64,000 bases of DNA from Patescibacteria group bacterium (GCA_038064835.1 JBBTSD010000007.1:4893-68892); one strand, 5' to 3'. Shown: positions 9,245-19,372, counted from the first letter of the stretch. Notes: generated by a model from the letters alone, not told the origin. Numbers and translations: made by a program.

Positions 9245-9634
9245 TACGCGCTTCTCACTGTGGAGTGGCGTCTCGAGACGATAAGTATCTTTCTCAAAGT
9301 CATCCCCTCCGCGCACTCCGTCGACAAAAGTGATCCACACCGAATCTTCCAATGCAATAAACTCATGCGCCTCACCTGCGTCCCAACTTACCAACTCGTG
9401 TGGTTTCCAAAGTGTCTTAGTGACTTTTTTCTCACCCTTTTTTCTGCTATACACTTGGAACTTTCCACTCACAAGAAAATCATACTGTCTTGAAAGTGCG
9501 TGGTAGTGATTCCCGCGAACGCCGCCTTTCTTGGTAAAAATAAGGGTGCAGTGCTCGTGTGCCTCCCCGACGAAGATGTCAGTTATCGTCCCTCGCGCAT
9601 CTTTAAAACTAGTCTTTTTCTGTATCTTCTTCAT
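9236..9634 (-). CDS. Cupin-fold NDP-sugar isomerase/epimerase (FdtA/RmlC-like)
   Basis: DARG, GVRGNHYH, EAHEF cupin motifs. Confidence 0.75.
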   Translation of the reverse strand: MKKIQKKTSFKDARGTITDIFVGEAHEHCTLIFTKKGGVRGNHYHALSRQYDFLVSGKFQVYSRKKGEKKVTKTLWKPHELVSWDAGEAHEFIALEDSVWITFVDGVRGGDDFEKDTYRLETPLHSEKRVLH

Positions 9635-9638
9635 GGTG

Positions 9639-10847
9639 TCACTCTACCATGTGTGGCACAATAAATGAAAGATGCGGATGTTGCCTTGAAAGCTTCCGTG
9701 TAAGGAAATCAGCAATGTTCCACGGCAACACAAGCGCATGTGTCACTTGATCTGAAATGACCTCATCACCCTTAATTGCAATAGCTGACCCTGGTGTATA
9801 TTTCCCAATTTTTAGTGGAGAAACATCAGTCACGCAGTCGAGAATGGTGTCATCTATGCCACAATAGTTTAGAAGTGTATTGCCTTTTGTGGCCGCGCCA
9901 ATACCCATAATGAGGCCGCCTGTGGCCTTTGCGGTATGAAGCTCGTCAAGAAGATTTTCGCGAAATCGTCTGACCCGTGCACGAAATCGTTCATAGATTT
10001 GTTCTTCGCCGAGGCCAAAAGTCTGCTCATGTTTGGATAGCTTTGCGACTTCTGCACCCTCTACCCCACGACCGATTACAAATCTGATCGAACCTCCCAT
10101 GTACTCATCAATCTGCACATCCATAATTCGAAGGTCGCGCGCCGCAAGAAAATGTCGGAGAGGCTGGACCGAAAAGTAAGATACATGCTCTAGGTACATT
10201 GTATCGAATGCGTCTCGTTCAATAAGGGTAAGCAAGTACGGTACTTCCGCGACGAATACACCCTCAGGCTCAAGTGCATTCATAATGTCGTCAAAAAATA
10301 TATCCAGATTATCTATGTGATTGAGAAGATTGGTAGCAGTTATTATTTTTGCGCCACCTTCCTTGGCTACGCGCATGGCTATCTCATGATCCCAGAAACG
10401 CTCAGCTGTCTCTATGCCGTTCTCTACAGAAATCATAGCTATGTTGTGCGACGGTTCTACATTTAAGGTGCCTGCCCTAAACTGATCACGGAAGGCCCTG
10501 AGGAGGGTACCGATATTTCCCCCAATATCGACCACAAGATCCTGCGGACCCAGTTTTGCGAACCTACCCACATCGCGTGCGAATTCAAAAAAGTGTGCAA
10601 CTGCCACATCCGAGTTAGCTGAGTCGTAGCTATATTCTGTTTCTTGATAACGCTGTTCGGGTGGAACGCGATAGCCATTCATCGCGTGCCCGCACGAAAG
10701 ACAGCGGAGTACTGTGAGCGGGTATCTCGGCAGCGATCCTGCGCCTGCCTTAGACTTCATAAAAGTGTCAGCAAGTGGATGTAAGCCAAGATCAATGATA
10801 AGTGCCAAATCTTGGGAAGCGCACAGGGCGCACTGCTTTACCGGCAT
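9639..10847 (-). CDS. NDP-hexose C-methyltransferase (EryBIII/TcaB9-like)
   Basis: N-terminal CxxC...CxxC Zn site, VDIGGNIG, FDTMYLEHVSYFS, GAATKGNTLLNY, LPWN. Confidence 0.88.
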   Translation of the reverse strand: MPVKQCALCASQDLALIIDLGLHPLADTFMKSKAGAGSLPRYPLTVLRCLSCGHAMNGYRVPPEQRYQETEYSYDSANSDVAVAHFFEFARDVGRFAKLGPQDLVVDIGGNIGTLLRAFRDQFRAGTLNVEPSHNIAMISVENGIETAERFWDHEIAMRVAKEGGAKIITATNLLNHIDNLDIFFDDIMNALEPEGVFVAEVPYLLTLIERDAFDTMYLEHVSYFSVQPLRHFLAARDLRIMDVQIDEYMGGSIRFVIGRGVEGAEVAKLSKHEQTFGLGEEQIYERFRARVRRFRENLLDELHTAKATGGLIMGIGAATKGNTLLNYCGIDDTILDCVTDVSPLKIGKYTPGSAIAIKGDEVISDQVTHALVLPWNIADFLTRKLSRQHPHLSFIVPHMVE

Positions 10848-10873
10848 AATGCCCGTACTGTACCATAGGGGCA

Positions 10874-11512
10874 ATGGCGAATATATTGGTAACGGGTGCA
10901 GATGGTGGAATTGGCTCCGCTATATGCACACTCTTGCGCGATGCAGGTCACCATGTCGTCAAGGTCACCCGAACCGACGCTGACCTCGCGTCCGCACATG
11001 CAATAAAAACACTTAAGGAACATATCGCCACCACACAGGAGTTTGACTGGGTTATCTGTGCTCAAGGTTTCATTGATACAGAAACAGTGCTGGAGAAGCA
11101 AACCCCGGATACTATCGCTGCAACATTCAACATCAACACTCTGGCGACCATCTATCTTGCCCAACAATTTGTACCTCACCTCGCACGCGGGGGTGGGATG
11201 ATTGCCATTTCTTCTGCCGCAGGAATTCAGGCAAATGGTCGCTTTAGTGTGTACTCCGCTTCAAAAGCCGCGGTCAACAGCTTCATGCAAGCCATGGCGC
11301 GTAACCGGCCTGAGCAAAACTTTTTTGCGGTATGCCCTGGGCCGACAAATACGACCATGCGAGAGCGTATCGCACACGATGCAAAGGAGATGCAGAGTCC
11401 GAAAGTGATTGCAGAGGTAGTAGCCACCCTCATCAACCATGCCTCTAGCTACAAAAGTGGCGATCTGATACTGGTAAAAGACGGGTCTGCTACACTCGCT
11501 GGACGCCTATAG
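10874..11512 (+). CDS. Short-chain dehydrogenase/reductase
   Basis: TGADGGIG, SS, YSASK, CPGPTNT. Confidence 0.88.
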   Translation: MANILVTGADGGIGSAICTLLRDAGHHVVKVTRTDADLASAHAIKTLKEHIATTQEFDWVICAQGFIDTETVLEKQTPDTIAATFNINTLATIYLAQQFVPHLARGGGMIAISSAAGIQANGRFSVYSASKAAVNSFMQAMARNRPEQNFFAVCPGPTNTTMRERIAHDAKEMQSPKVIAEVVATLINHASSYKSGDLILVKDGSATLAGRL

Positions 11513-12496
11513 CTTGGGGTGAGAGAGATACCATTCGATTGTCTGTTGCAATCCTTTTTTGAGCGGTGTTCTTGCCCTCCACCCTGCATCTTTTTTTATT
11601 TTTGAGACATCCGCAAGACGCCTTTTGACACTTCCTGCAGGAGATTTTTTTACTATGAGTTTTTTGGGGCGCCATTTCATTACACTAAAAATCTCTTCCA
11701 CCAAGTCTTTGATGACAGTCTCTTCTTGTGTACCAATATGGTATGTTTCGCCATCGGTTTTTTTTGATTCCATCACCATCTGAATCGCTTCGACAGCATC
11801 GTCGATATAACAAAATGATCGCGTGTCGTCTGCGCCGAATATGGTGAATGGCTCCACTTCTCGACTTGCACGACCGACGATTTCTGGAATCACATGCTCG
11901 TACCCCGCTCGTGGACCATAAAAATTGTGCGGACGCACGATGGACATTCGAAAATCGTACGCTTTTGCATAGTGTATAAAAAAGAGTTCGCCAATGAGTT
12001 TTTGCCCCCCATAGGACCAGCGCGGATTGTAGGTATCGGCTATGACCAGTGGCACATCTTCTGGTGTGGGTAGAGGAAGCTTGCCGAACGCTTCGAGAGC
12101 ACTCCCGTAAGCCTCGTTCGACGAGGTGTACAAAATTTTCGCATCTCGTTTTTTGTTGTGCGTGCGAAACCAATCAAGCACATTCATTGTTGTCGAGACA
12201 CCGATACGCAACACTTCGTGTGGGATTTCGTAGAAAAGCTTGGTGCCGTTAATACCAACCAGGTGGTATACATGGTCGTATCCGCCACCGATTTTCTTCC
12301 ACGCGCGTGGATCTGTCAGATCCGCTTTAAAAAAGGTGACATTGGGACGAGCGATAAGAGCTTTGAAGTCGTCGTCATGTTTGCCTCGAAAAAAGTTGTC
12401 GGCAATAGTAACACGATACCCTTTCTGGTCTGCAAGTCGTTTCCCGAGACGGTAACCGACAAATCCTGCCCCGCCGGTAATTAAAACTTTTGTCAT
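11507..12496 (-). CDS. NAD-dependent nucleotide-sugar epimerase/decarboxylase (UDP-GlcA decarboxylase-like)
   Basis: TGGAGFVG, SSNEAYG, NPRWSYGGQK, TRSFCYIDD. Confidence 0.85.
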   Translation of the reverse strand: MTKVLITGGAGFVGYRLGKRLADQKGYRVTIADNFFRGKHDDDFKALIARPNVTFFKADLTDPRAWKKIGGGYDHVYHLVGINGTKLFYEIPHEVLRIGVSTTMNVLDWFRTHNKKRDAKILYTSSNEAYGSALEAFGKLPLPTPEDVPLVIADTYNPRWSYGGQKLIGELFFIHYAKAYDFRMSIVRPHNFYGPRAGYEHVIPEIVGRASREVEPFTIFGADDTRSFCYIDDAVEAIQMVMESKKTDGETYHIGTQEETVIKDLVEEIFSVMKWRPKKLIVKKSPAGSVKRRLADVSKIKKDAGWRARTPLKKGLQQTIEWYLSHPKL

Positions 12497-12503
12497 GGCA
12501 GAT

Positions 12504-13295
12504 TTAAAGCACCGTTGTCTTATATCGCTGATTGATCTCAACTATTCCTTGGAAGAGAGATAGTCCCCATTCTTGTCCAAGCACCTTATTTGCATACTGC
12601 GCAAAGGCGCTCGAGTCTTTTGGAAGACACGACCCGCCGAAGCCACGGAAATTCTCATTGCAGTCAAGGTAGGCATCTTGGATTGAACGGTGCTTTGTGA
12701 TGGCATTTTTTACCTTCTTGTAATCCGCGCCCGAAGCTTTGCACACATCGTAGAATTGATTGGCGAATACTATGCGCAACGCATTAAAGACATTCAAGAA
12801 ATATTTAGCAAATTCTGCTTCCTTGGGCGAAACAAAAGCATACTGCTTGGGGAGAGGTTCGTGCACGGAGCGTAGCAGTTCTGCATCCTCTTTTGTATAG
12901 GTACCAATGATACAGACATCATGGTTCTCGACAAAATCGACATACATCGCTCGCTCACGCAAGAATTCCGGAACAAATGCCAACCGCAACTGCGGGTGTT
13001 CCATTGAGAGGCGGTCTGTAGTGCCAGGCTCTACAGTGGATTTGATTGTCACCAATCCTCGATACTGTGCTTGTGCAAGATCTCCGACGACCTTCTCTAC
13101 TATTGATAGATTGCATGAACCATCTGCCGACTGTGGTGTAGGAACACTAATAAAAACCGTTTCCGTACCAAGTACATCTTTAAGAGAGGTTTCGGGCATT
13201 TTCGTATCGAACACAGCAACATCGTGCCCAATGCGTGTAAAACCATGCCGTATTGCACTTCCGACAAAACCAACACCAATGATACCTACTTTCAT
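12504..13295 (-). CDS. Short UDP-glucose/GDP-mannose dehydrogenase family protein (no C-terminal domain)
   Basis: GVGFVG, SVPTP, KSTVEPGT, PEFLRE, GFGGSCLPKD; only 263 aa. Confidence 0.85.
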   Translation of the reverse strand: MKVGIIGVGFVGSAIRHGFTRIGHDVAVFDTKMPETSLKDVLGTETVFISVPTPQSADGSCNLSIVEKVVGDLAQAQYRGLVTIKSTVEPGTTDRLSMEHPQLRLAFVPEFLRERAMYVDFVENHDVCIIGTYTKEDAELLRSVHEPLPKQYAFVSPKEAEFAKYFLNVFNALRIVFANQFYDVCKASGADYKKVKNAITKHRSIQDAYLDCNENFRGFGGSCLPKDSSAFAQYANKVLGQEWGLSLFQGIVEINQRYKTTVL

Positions 13296-13320
13296 GCGGG
13301 CATCTTAGCATCAGAATTTA

Positions 13321-15114
13321 TCAAAAAACCATTGACACAAAAGATACCTTGTGTGGAGGACTATCAATGGCGCGAGTATATACAACAAAATCACCTATTG
13401 TGGCAATTTCGCGGAGCCACGAAATTGCATCAAAGCCCGCTCTATCAGCAACGCGTATCGCCACCAGCGTAATGCCAAGTGTGCCAAAGGCTTCCTCCCA
13501 TGTTTTCTTGTAGAACACCGTGTAATCGGCTGTAAGGCGCGAGAATTCTTCCTCAGGAATCGCAGATGAGTCACCTGTGAGCTCACGAAGCCACAAACCC
13601 CACAAACGATCGCCAACATGGTGCGCCTCTTCCCGAATCACTCCCTCAAAATCCTCTGGCACGATGCCGCGAAGCCGATATTCGAGAAACAACCGATTAT
13701 CAAAAAATACTTGTGGTATCGGATACGATCCCAGATTGACTGTATTTGGTACATTGTGGGCAGTGTATATAGGAATGAAATCGGCAGTTTCTCCATCAGT
13801 CCAAATAGTTTGTGGCGTTTTTAAGGTTTGAAGGTACTCAACGAGTGGCCCGTATGCTTGCGTGGCAAGCGCAACCTTACGAGTCTCGGCATACCACGGA
13901 GCAACAAAACCCATACTATTGAATATGAGTACACTGAGTATGAGCGCAACGACACCACGCCTGAAAGGTGCTTGTACAAAGCGTTCTATGATACCCCCAA
14001 CGAGTAGCCCAGCGATAATGCCCGCAAGCGGTTTTGTAACATACCAATGATAGTGTCCTCCTTGCAGATAAACACCTGTTATAAGTTGCAGATTGATTAC
14101 AAAGAAAATGGCACCGCATGCAAGAAACAAGAATGTCCTCCCTGTTCGCGGAAATGTGCGTGGCCACACAAAAGCAATGAGCGCTACCATGAGTGGGAGT
14201 AGCGCCCCGAGCACAAATTCACGCCGAGGAACAACGCCGAGATACCGTGCAACAGTTTCGTATTCGGGAAGCGCGTGCAGTGCCCCATAGTTCAGAGCAA
14301 ATGGAATCGCACATGCAATCGCGATGCAACCGGCAAAAAAAGCAGCGCGGGCATTTACACCCCCCTGCCGCACAAAAAGCCATACCCACACCAGGAAAAG
14401 CAACACACTGAGGAATGAGAAAACAAAAGGTGATACATACAATGAAGTGCCGACAACTACACCAAGGGTACCCACCCACTGCCACTTTATCTTCTCATCA
14501 CTGGAGTCGAGAAGTCTGCGGTACATAAGAGCAAGCGCTCCGAAAAGGAATATGCCAGATATCGAGGGATTCACGAGCCGTGAAAAAAGCAGGAACGGCC
14601 CACCTGTGGGGGCACCTTTTGCAAGATCTATAAAGGGTGCTGGCGAGAAGACAATGAGGTTATACCCGAGGACAGTGAAGGCTGATGCAATGAGCGCGGC
14701 TATACGAGATCTCGAAAGCGCGAACGAAAACGCATACACAAGCAGTGTGATAGCAACCACAGAAAAAAATCTGGAGATAGTTGCGGCGCGAGCAGCATCG
14801 AGTCTGAAAATCTTGCCAAACACTGCAATAATGATTTCGCCAAATGGAGGGGTTGTATAAGGTCCGTCCTTATTCGAGAGAAATGTATTACTCACTCTAG
14901 GATGCCCTTCATACACCTCGTGGATACGCGCCTGGTAGTGATTTTCAGCATCAAGCATCATCATTTCGATACCGCGATATCCTGGCTCGCTCCAAAGCAG
15001 GATGTAGGGCACCATAGTTATGATTCCCGCGACAAGCGCAAGCAGAAGCGCACCGGCATGTATGCTCATTTCCGCCTTCGCAATCACTAGCATTCGGGAC
15101 AACGACTTTTGCAT
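13321..15114 (-). CDS. Polytopic membrane protein, probable GT-C glycosyltransferase
   Basis: ~12 TM helices, acidic motif DAENHY after first TM, soluble C-terminal domain; fold is inferred. Confidence 0.55.
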   Translation of the reverse strand: MQKSLSRMLVIAKAEMSIHAGALLLALVAGIITMVPYILLWSEPGYRGIEMMMLDAENHYQARIHEVYEGHPRVSNTFLSNKDGPYTTPPFGEIIIAVFGKIFRLDAARAATISRFFSVVAITLLVYAFSFALSRSRIAALIASAFTVLGYNLIVFSPAPFIDLAKGAPTGGPFLLFSRLVNPSISGIFLFGALALMYRRLLDSSDEKIKWQWVGTLGVVVGTSLYVSPFVFSFLSVLLFLVWVWLFVRQGGVNARAAFFAGCIAIACAIPFALNYGALHALPEYETVARYLGVVPRREFVLGALLPLMVALIAFVWPRTFPRTGRTFLFLACGAIFFVINLQLITGVYLQGGHYHWYVTKPLAGIIAGLLVGGIIERFVQAPFRRGVVALILSVLIFNSMGFVAPWYAETRKVALATQAYGPLVEYLQTLKTPQTIWTDGETADFIPIYTAHNVPNTVNLGSYPIPQVFFDNRLFLEYRLRGIVPEDFEGVIREEAHHVGDRLWGLWLRELTGDSSAIPEEEFSRLTADYTVFYKKTWEEAFGTLGITLVAIRVADRAGFDAISWLREIATIGDFVVYTRAIDSPPHKVSFVSMVF

Positions 15115-15124
15115 AAGGGACACC

Positions 15125-16975
15125 TTACCGCATCCACGCGTTATGCCAAAGATGCAGTGTCAGCAGTGACCATAGTTTTTTGCGATGGTTGTGACTCCCT
15201 GAAAGATGCTCTAATACAAATCGCTCAACAACTCGTGGGTCGCAAAGCCCTGCATCAGCCACCCTCTCGCAAGAAAGAGTGTCGGTAAGTAACGGCTTCC
15301 ACTCATGCGTGAGCCACGCGCCAACTGGCAAGCCGAAACCATGCTTACGCCTCCATGCTATACCGTGTGGTAGTTTTTGCTCGGCGAGTTTCCGTAAAAT
15401 ATACTTTCCTTTTCCGTGTCTGAGCTTACGGTTCGCTGGGAGCGCAAGAGCAAACTCTGCGAGCGCACGATCCAAGAGTGGTGCTCGTGTTTCAAGAGAT
15501 GCAAACATACTCGCCCGATCTGCCTTGGTGAGGTAGAGATCAAGCACTGTGCGTGCGTACCACCACGACGAGCGCGAGAGAGGGGTCATGTTCGGCATAT
15601 TCTCCAAGAGCCTGTCTGTGCGTATACAAGGATCTTCAATCGCGTCATGGAAACCTTCCGCAAGAACTTCGCGGACTTCGTCAGACGAAAATCCTGAAAG
15701 CCACCCTTGGTGGGCGTAAAGCGGTTCTTTCTCCGCACCGCGTAGAAATTGCTTAATCAAAAAATCCGCACTCATATACCGATGCGAGGCAGGTAAAAAC
15801 GAAGCCAATGGTTCGAGGGCTCGTCGCGCGGATTGGGGAACATGCTGATACATTCTCAGTAGCTGTTCTGCAAAAAAGGTTGGGTAACCGAGGAAAAGCT
15901 CGTCGCCACCGTCACCCGTCAGCGCCACCGTCACCCGTTCACGCGCAAAGCGTGAAAGCAAATGTGTGGGCAAAATTGCCGGATCTGCTATAGGTTCGTC
16001 CATGTATGGCACGAGTGTCACGAGGGTGTCTCGCACCTCTTGGGCACACAAGATTCGTTCGTGATGCTGTGTACCAAGATGGTTCGCGACCCTACGGGCA
16101 TGTGCTGATTCGTCATAACTCTTCTCTTCGAAGCCGATAGAAAATGTGTGTATGTCCCCTGCAATTTCATGTGCGTATGCAGCGATAAGTGATGAATCAA
16201 CCCCGCCCGAAAGAAAGACCCCCAGCGGCACATCACTAGCAAGCTGTCTCTCAACACTAGATCGGATAAGTGTTCCTACTTGTTCGAGATCATCATTCAA
16301 GGAAGTGTCATTTTTTGAAAAGGTCGGATGCCAATAGCGTCTTTCACTTAAAACACCTCTTTTGAATTTTAGGCACGTTGCAACAGGCACTTTTTTTACA
16401 TCACGCCACATACTGGCAGGGGTAACAGGAGTGTCGTACAGCAGGAACGATGAGAGTCCTTCAGGGCTGATTTCGCGTGACACAAGCGGATGAACAAAAA
16501 GCGCCTTTGGCTCTGAGGCAAATATCAACGACTCCCCTTTTACTGCATAGTAGAGTGGCTTCTCGCCAAAGCGATCGCGGACAAGGTATATGTCTTCTGT
16601 ATGTTCATCATACAAAGCAAATGCAAACATACCCTCAAGCAACTCAAAAGCTTTTTCCCCTTCGCGTTCAAAAAGCGCAAGAATAACCTCTGTATCACTC
16701 TGTGACACAAAGGACACACCGCTTCGCACAAGATTCTCGCGAAGTTGTTGATAGTTATAAATCTCGCCATTGAAGGTAATGACAACCGACCCACGACGCA
16801 TGGGCTGTGCCGCGGCTGGTGACAAGTCGATGATGGCGAGCCGTCGATGCGCGAAGCCGACTCTTCCTGCAATCCACACACCTTCTCCATCAGGTCCACG
16901 ATGTGCAAGTCTGCTGTTCATTGACTGAAGAACCTCTCTGGTACCTTCTCCGCAGTAACCCCCAATACCACACAT
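15125..16975 (-). CDS. asnB: Asparagine synthase-like glutamine amidotransferase (glycan-locus type)
   Basis: MCGIGG, HRGPDG, NGEIYN, RDRFGEKPLYY, LSGGVDSS, TGDGGDELF. Confidence 0.93.
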   Translation of the reverse strand: MCGIGGYCGEGTREVLQSMNSRLAHRGPDGEGVWIAGRVGFAHRRLAIIDLSPAAAQPMRRGSVVITFNGEIYNYQQLRENLVRSGVSFVSQSDTEVILALFEREGEKAFELLEGMFAFALYDEHTEDIYLVRDRFGEKPLYYAVKGESLIFASEPKALFVHPLVSREISPEGLSSFLLYDTPVTPASMWRDVKKVPVATCLKFKRGVLSERRYWHPTFSKNDTSLNDDLEQVGTLIRSSVERQLASDVPLGVFLSGGVDSSLIAAYAHEIAGDIHTFSIGFEEKSYDESAHARRVANHLGTQHHERILCAQEVRDTLVTLVPYMDEPIADPAILPTHLLSRFARERVTVALTGDGGDELFLGYPTFFAEQLLRMYQHVPQSARRALEPLASFLPASHRYMSADFLIKQFLRGAEKEPLYAHQGWLSGFSSDEVREVLAEGFHDAIEDPCIRTDRLLENMPNMTPLSRSSWWYARTVLDLYLTKADRASMFASLETRAPLLDRALAEFALALPANRKLRHGKGKYILRKLAEQKLPHGIAWRRKHGFGLPVGAWLTHEWKPLLTDTLSCERVADAGLCDPRVVERFVLEHLSGSHNHRKKLWSLLTLHLWHNAWMR

Positions 16976-16989
16976 AAGACATTGCTCGA

Positions 16990-17940
16990 CTACCTTGTAG
17001 AATCTGCAATCGAGTACGGCTTTTTCTGTTGCGACTCATAGTAGGTACGCATCAAAATTTCTGCCAAGACACCGAACAGAACGAATTGCACACCAACAAT
17101 AACAAAGAGCGCCGCAAGAGTTGGTAGTGGTGTTTCGATAAGAGTAGGCCCGCCGGAAAACTTCAAGATAAGTGCGGTGGCAAGTGTCAGAAATCCACCT
17201 GCGATGCTGGCAATCCCCCACCCACCAAAAAAATGCATGGGGCGATTAAAATAACGATGCATGAAAACAACAAAAACCAAATCGAGGAGTACGCGAAATG
17301 TTCTGGAGATACCGTACTTGCTTACCCCAAATCGACGCGGAGTATGTGTCACGGGAAGCTCTATAATCCGCCCGCCACGCCAGGCGGCATATGCCGCAAC
17401 AAAACGATGCATCTCACCGTAGAGTTGCACTTCCTTGAGAACCGATGCCTTGTATGCTTTGAGTGTACATCCGTAATCATGTAGATGTACTCCCGTAAGA
17501 CGCGAGATGAGACGATTGGCGACAAGTGAGGGAAATTTTCGCGTAACGCGTTGGCTCGCCCAGCGCCCTTGTCTCCACCCAGACACCACATCGTATCCCT
17601 TACGAAGCTGTGCAACGAGCCTTGGGATATCGTTTGGGTCGTTCTCCAAATCAGTATCTATAGTGACGATAATGTCGCCTTTTGCACGCTCTATACCTGC
17701 CGCAAGCGCAGCCGTTTGACCAAAATTACGCGTGAGCCGTATCACCTGCACAGGAAGCGAACCCTGAGTGCGCGAAATCGTTTCTGCCGTTCCGTCGCGC
17801 GAGCCATCATCTACCATAATGAGCTCGAATACGCCGAGTGCCGGTGCGACTGCGCGCATCTGATCCAGAAAATGCGGGACGCTCTCCGACTCATTGTAGA
17901 GAGGCGCGATAATGGAGAGTTCCAGCTTCTCACTACGCAT
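16990..17940 (-). CDS. GT2 polyprenol-phosphate glycosyltransferase (ArnC/GtrB-like)
   Basis: PLYNE, DDGSRDGT, RNFGQTAA, DTDLEND, two C-terminal TM helices. Confidence 0.9.
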   Translation of the reverse strand: MRSEKLELSIIAPLYNESESVPHFLDQMRAVAPALGVFELIMVDDGSRDGTAETISRTQGSLPVQVIRLTRNFGQTAALAAGIERAKGDIIVTIDTDLENDPNDIPRLVAQLRKGYDVVSGWRQGRWASQRVTRKFPSLVANRLISRLTGVHLHDYGCTLKAYKASVLKEVQLYGEMHRFVAAYAAWRGGRIIELPVTHTPRRFGVSKYGISRTFRVLLDLVFVVFMHRYFNRPMHFFGGWGIASIAGGFLTLATALILKFSGGPTLIETPLPTLAALFVIVGVQFVLFGVLAEILMRTYYESQQKKPYSIADSTR

Positions 17941-17962
17941 CATCGCATGCTACCATCCGATT

Positions 17963-18868
17963 ATGATTATTGCTAAGCTTCAAGGTGGCCTTGGAAATCA
18001 GATGTTTCAGTATGCTTTTGGCCGCGCGCTTGCCATAAGGCAGGGAACGAAGCTCAAGCTCGATGTCACCATGTTCCCCGCCTACAAGTATCACAACCGA
18101 ATGATTGATCATCTTAATATAACCGCCCCTTTTGCAACTGATTTAGAAGTAATTCGTTTCAGCATCTACAGACGCAGACCTGAGTGGCCGCTAAAAATTC
18201 TCAACCCCCTCCTGCGCAATCCAAAAAAATATGTGAATGAGTCCTCGTTTTATTTCACCCCAACCCTTTTAGAAACGAAAAGCCCATGCCTAGTAGACGG
18301 ATATTGGCTCTGTGAAAAATACTTTTTGGATATTGAAGACACTATTCGACATGAATTCACTATCCGCTCACCTCTTAACGAGTTTTCGAAAAAAATGGCT
18401 AGCAAGATTCGACTGGCTACACATCCAATCATGCTTCATGTCCGGCGAGCCGACTATGCTACCGATTATGTAAAAGTACATGGGACACTTTCTCCTGCCT
18501 ATTACGAACGCGCATTCTCACTTATGCGCGAGCGTGTCCCCGACGCATCGTACTTCATTTTCTCTGACGACCCCGAATGGGCCCGTACGCACATCCATCC
18601 CGACGCACCCACCGAGTACATTGGCCAGGGAGCAGATTTCAACTACCTGGATTTGTACCTTATGAGCTTGTGTGAGCACTTTATCCTTGCAAACAGCACT
18701 TTTAGCTGGTGGGGTGCATGGCTGTCAAAAAGCTATCGGAACAATCTCACAATCATGCCGAAATATATGACGACAAAAATGGGCACTCGTGACCTGGCGC
18801 ATCCTAGCTGGACCATAGTAGATGACGCCGAATGGAGCGCGCACACTCACCTCCGGAGCAGTTCGTAA
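17963..18868 (+). CDS. GT11 alpha-1,2-fucosyl/colitosyltransferase family
   Basis: LQGGLGNQMFQYA, HVRRADY, FSDD, ANSTFSWWGAWL. Confidence 0.9.
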   Translation: MIIAKLQGGLGNQMFQYAFGRALAIRQGTKLKLDVTMFPAYKYHNRMIDHLNITAPFATDLEVIRFSIYRRRPEWPLKILNPLLRNPKKYVNESSFYFTPTLLETKSPCLVDGYWLCEKYFLDIEDTIRHEFTIRSPLNEFSKKMASKIRLATHPIMLHVRRADYATDYVKVHGTLSPAYYERAFSLMRERVPDASYFIFSDDPEWARTHIHPDAPTEYIGQGADFNYLDLYLMSLCEHFILANSTFSWWGAWLSKSYRNNLTIMPKYMTTKMGTRDLAHPSWTIVDDAEWSAHTHLRSSS

Positions 18869-18872
18869 AAGG

Positions 18873-18897
18873 TGCCGCGGAGCAGAGCTCCGCGGCA
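18873..18897. terminator. GC-rich hairpin after the GT11 gene
   Basis: TGCCGCGGAGC-aga-GCTCCGCGGCA; weak U-tract on +. Confidence 0.55.
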
Positions 18898-18945
18898 TTA
18901 GTGGTGCGGTCTCACAAATGTAAGTAACGGCACTATAATCATCTC

Positions 18946-19086
18946 ATGGGAGAAAAATTCGAGCGAGGCAGTTTATCAAGCGTACCTGAGGAGAGCGCGA
19001 TGCTCGAGCAGATTATGACGATTGAAGATTTGCTTGCGCACGGGAAATATAACGCCACAATTGCGACATTTTACCTAGCTCACTGA
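18946..19086 (+). CDS. Candidate 46-aa leaderless ORF (MGEKFERGSLSSVPEESAMLEQIM...) or gene remnant
   Basis: TATAAT (18934-18939)-N6-ATG, the same geometry as most genes here; overlaps the 19013-19372 ORF tail-to-tail. Confidence 0.4.
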   Translation: MGEKFERGSLSSVPEESAMLEQIMTIEDLLAHGKYNATIATFYLAH

Positions 19087-19372
19087 ACCGAAATGAGACA
19101 TTGTTGCGATATTTACCCTGATAATCGTCCTGAAAACTTGGTTGTTCTGGCCTTTTCATAAACAAAATACTGTTTTCAGTGTCAATAACAACATCCGTTT
19201 TACCGTCCGTCATGTCTTTATCAGGTCCGATTAGTATTTGCGGATCAATATCTTGGTGAAGATGTTCTTTCCAAACGCGTTGCACTATAGTTGCGGTGAA
19301 AGTCACGATTCGTTCATAGTCTGCGGCGAAAGATTTGTCAGATTCATCCGACAACTTGCTAGCGTGTGGCAC
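19013..19372 (-). CDS. Hypothetical protein
   Basis: 119-aa ORF with protein-like composition, GTG start, no motif recognised. Confidence 0.4.
   Translation of the reverse strand: MPHASKLSDESDKSFAADYERIVTFTATIVQRVWKEHLHQDIDPQILIGPDKDMTDGKTDVVIDTENSILFMKRPEQPSFQDDYQGKYRNNVSFRFSELGKMSQLWRYISRAQANLQSS

Noticed and set aside
15904-15938. 16-bp direct repeat CGCCACCGTCACCCGT x2, 19 bp apart, in asnB1
   Set aside because: Encodes the conserved V.VALTGDGGDE motif in an intact frame; two copies only, likely chance
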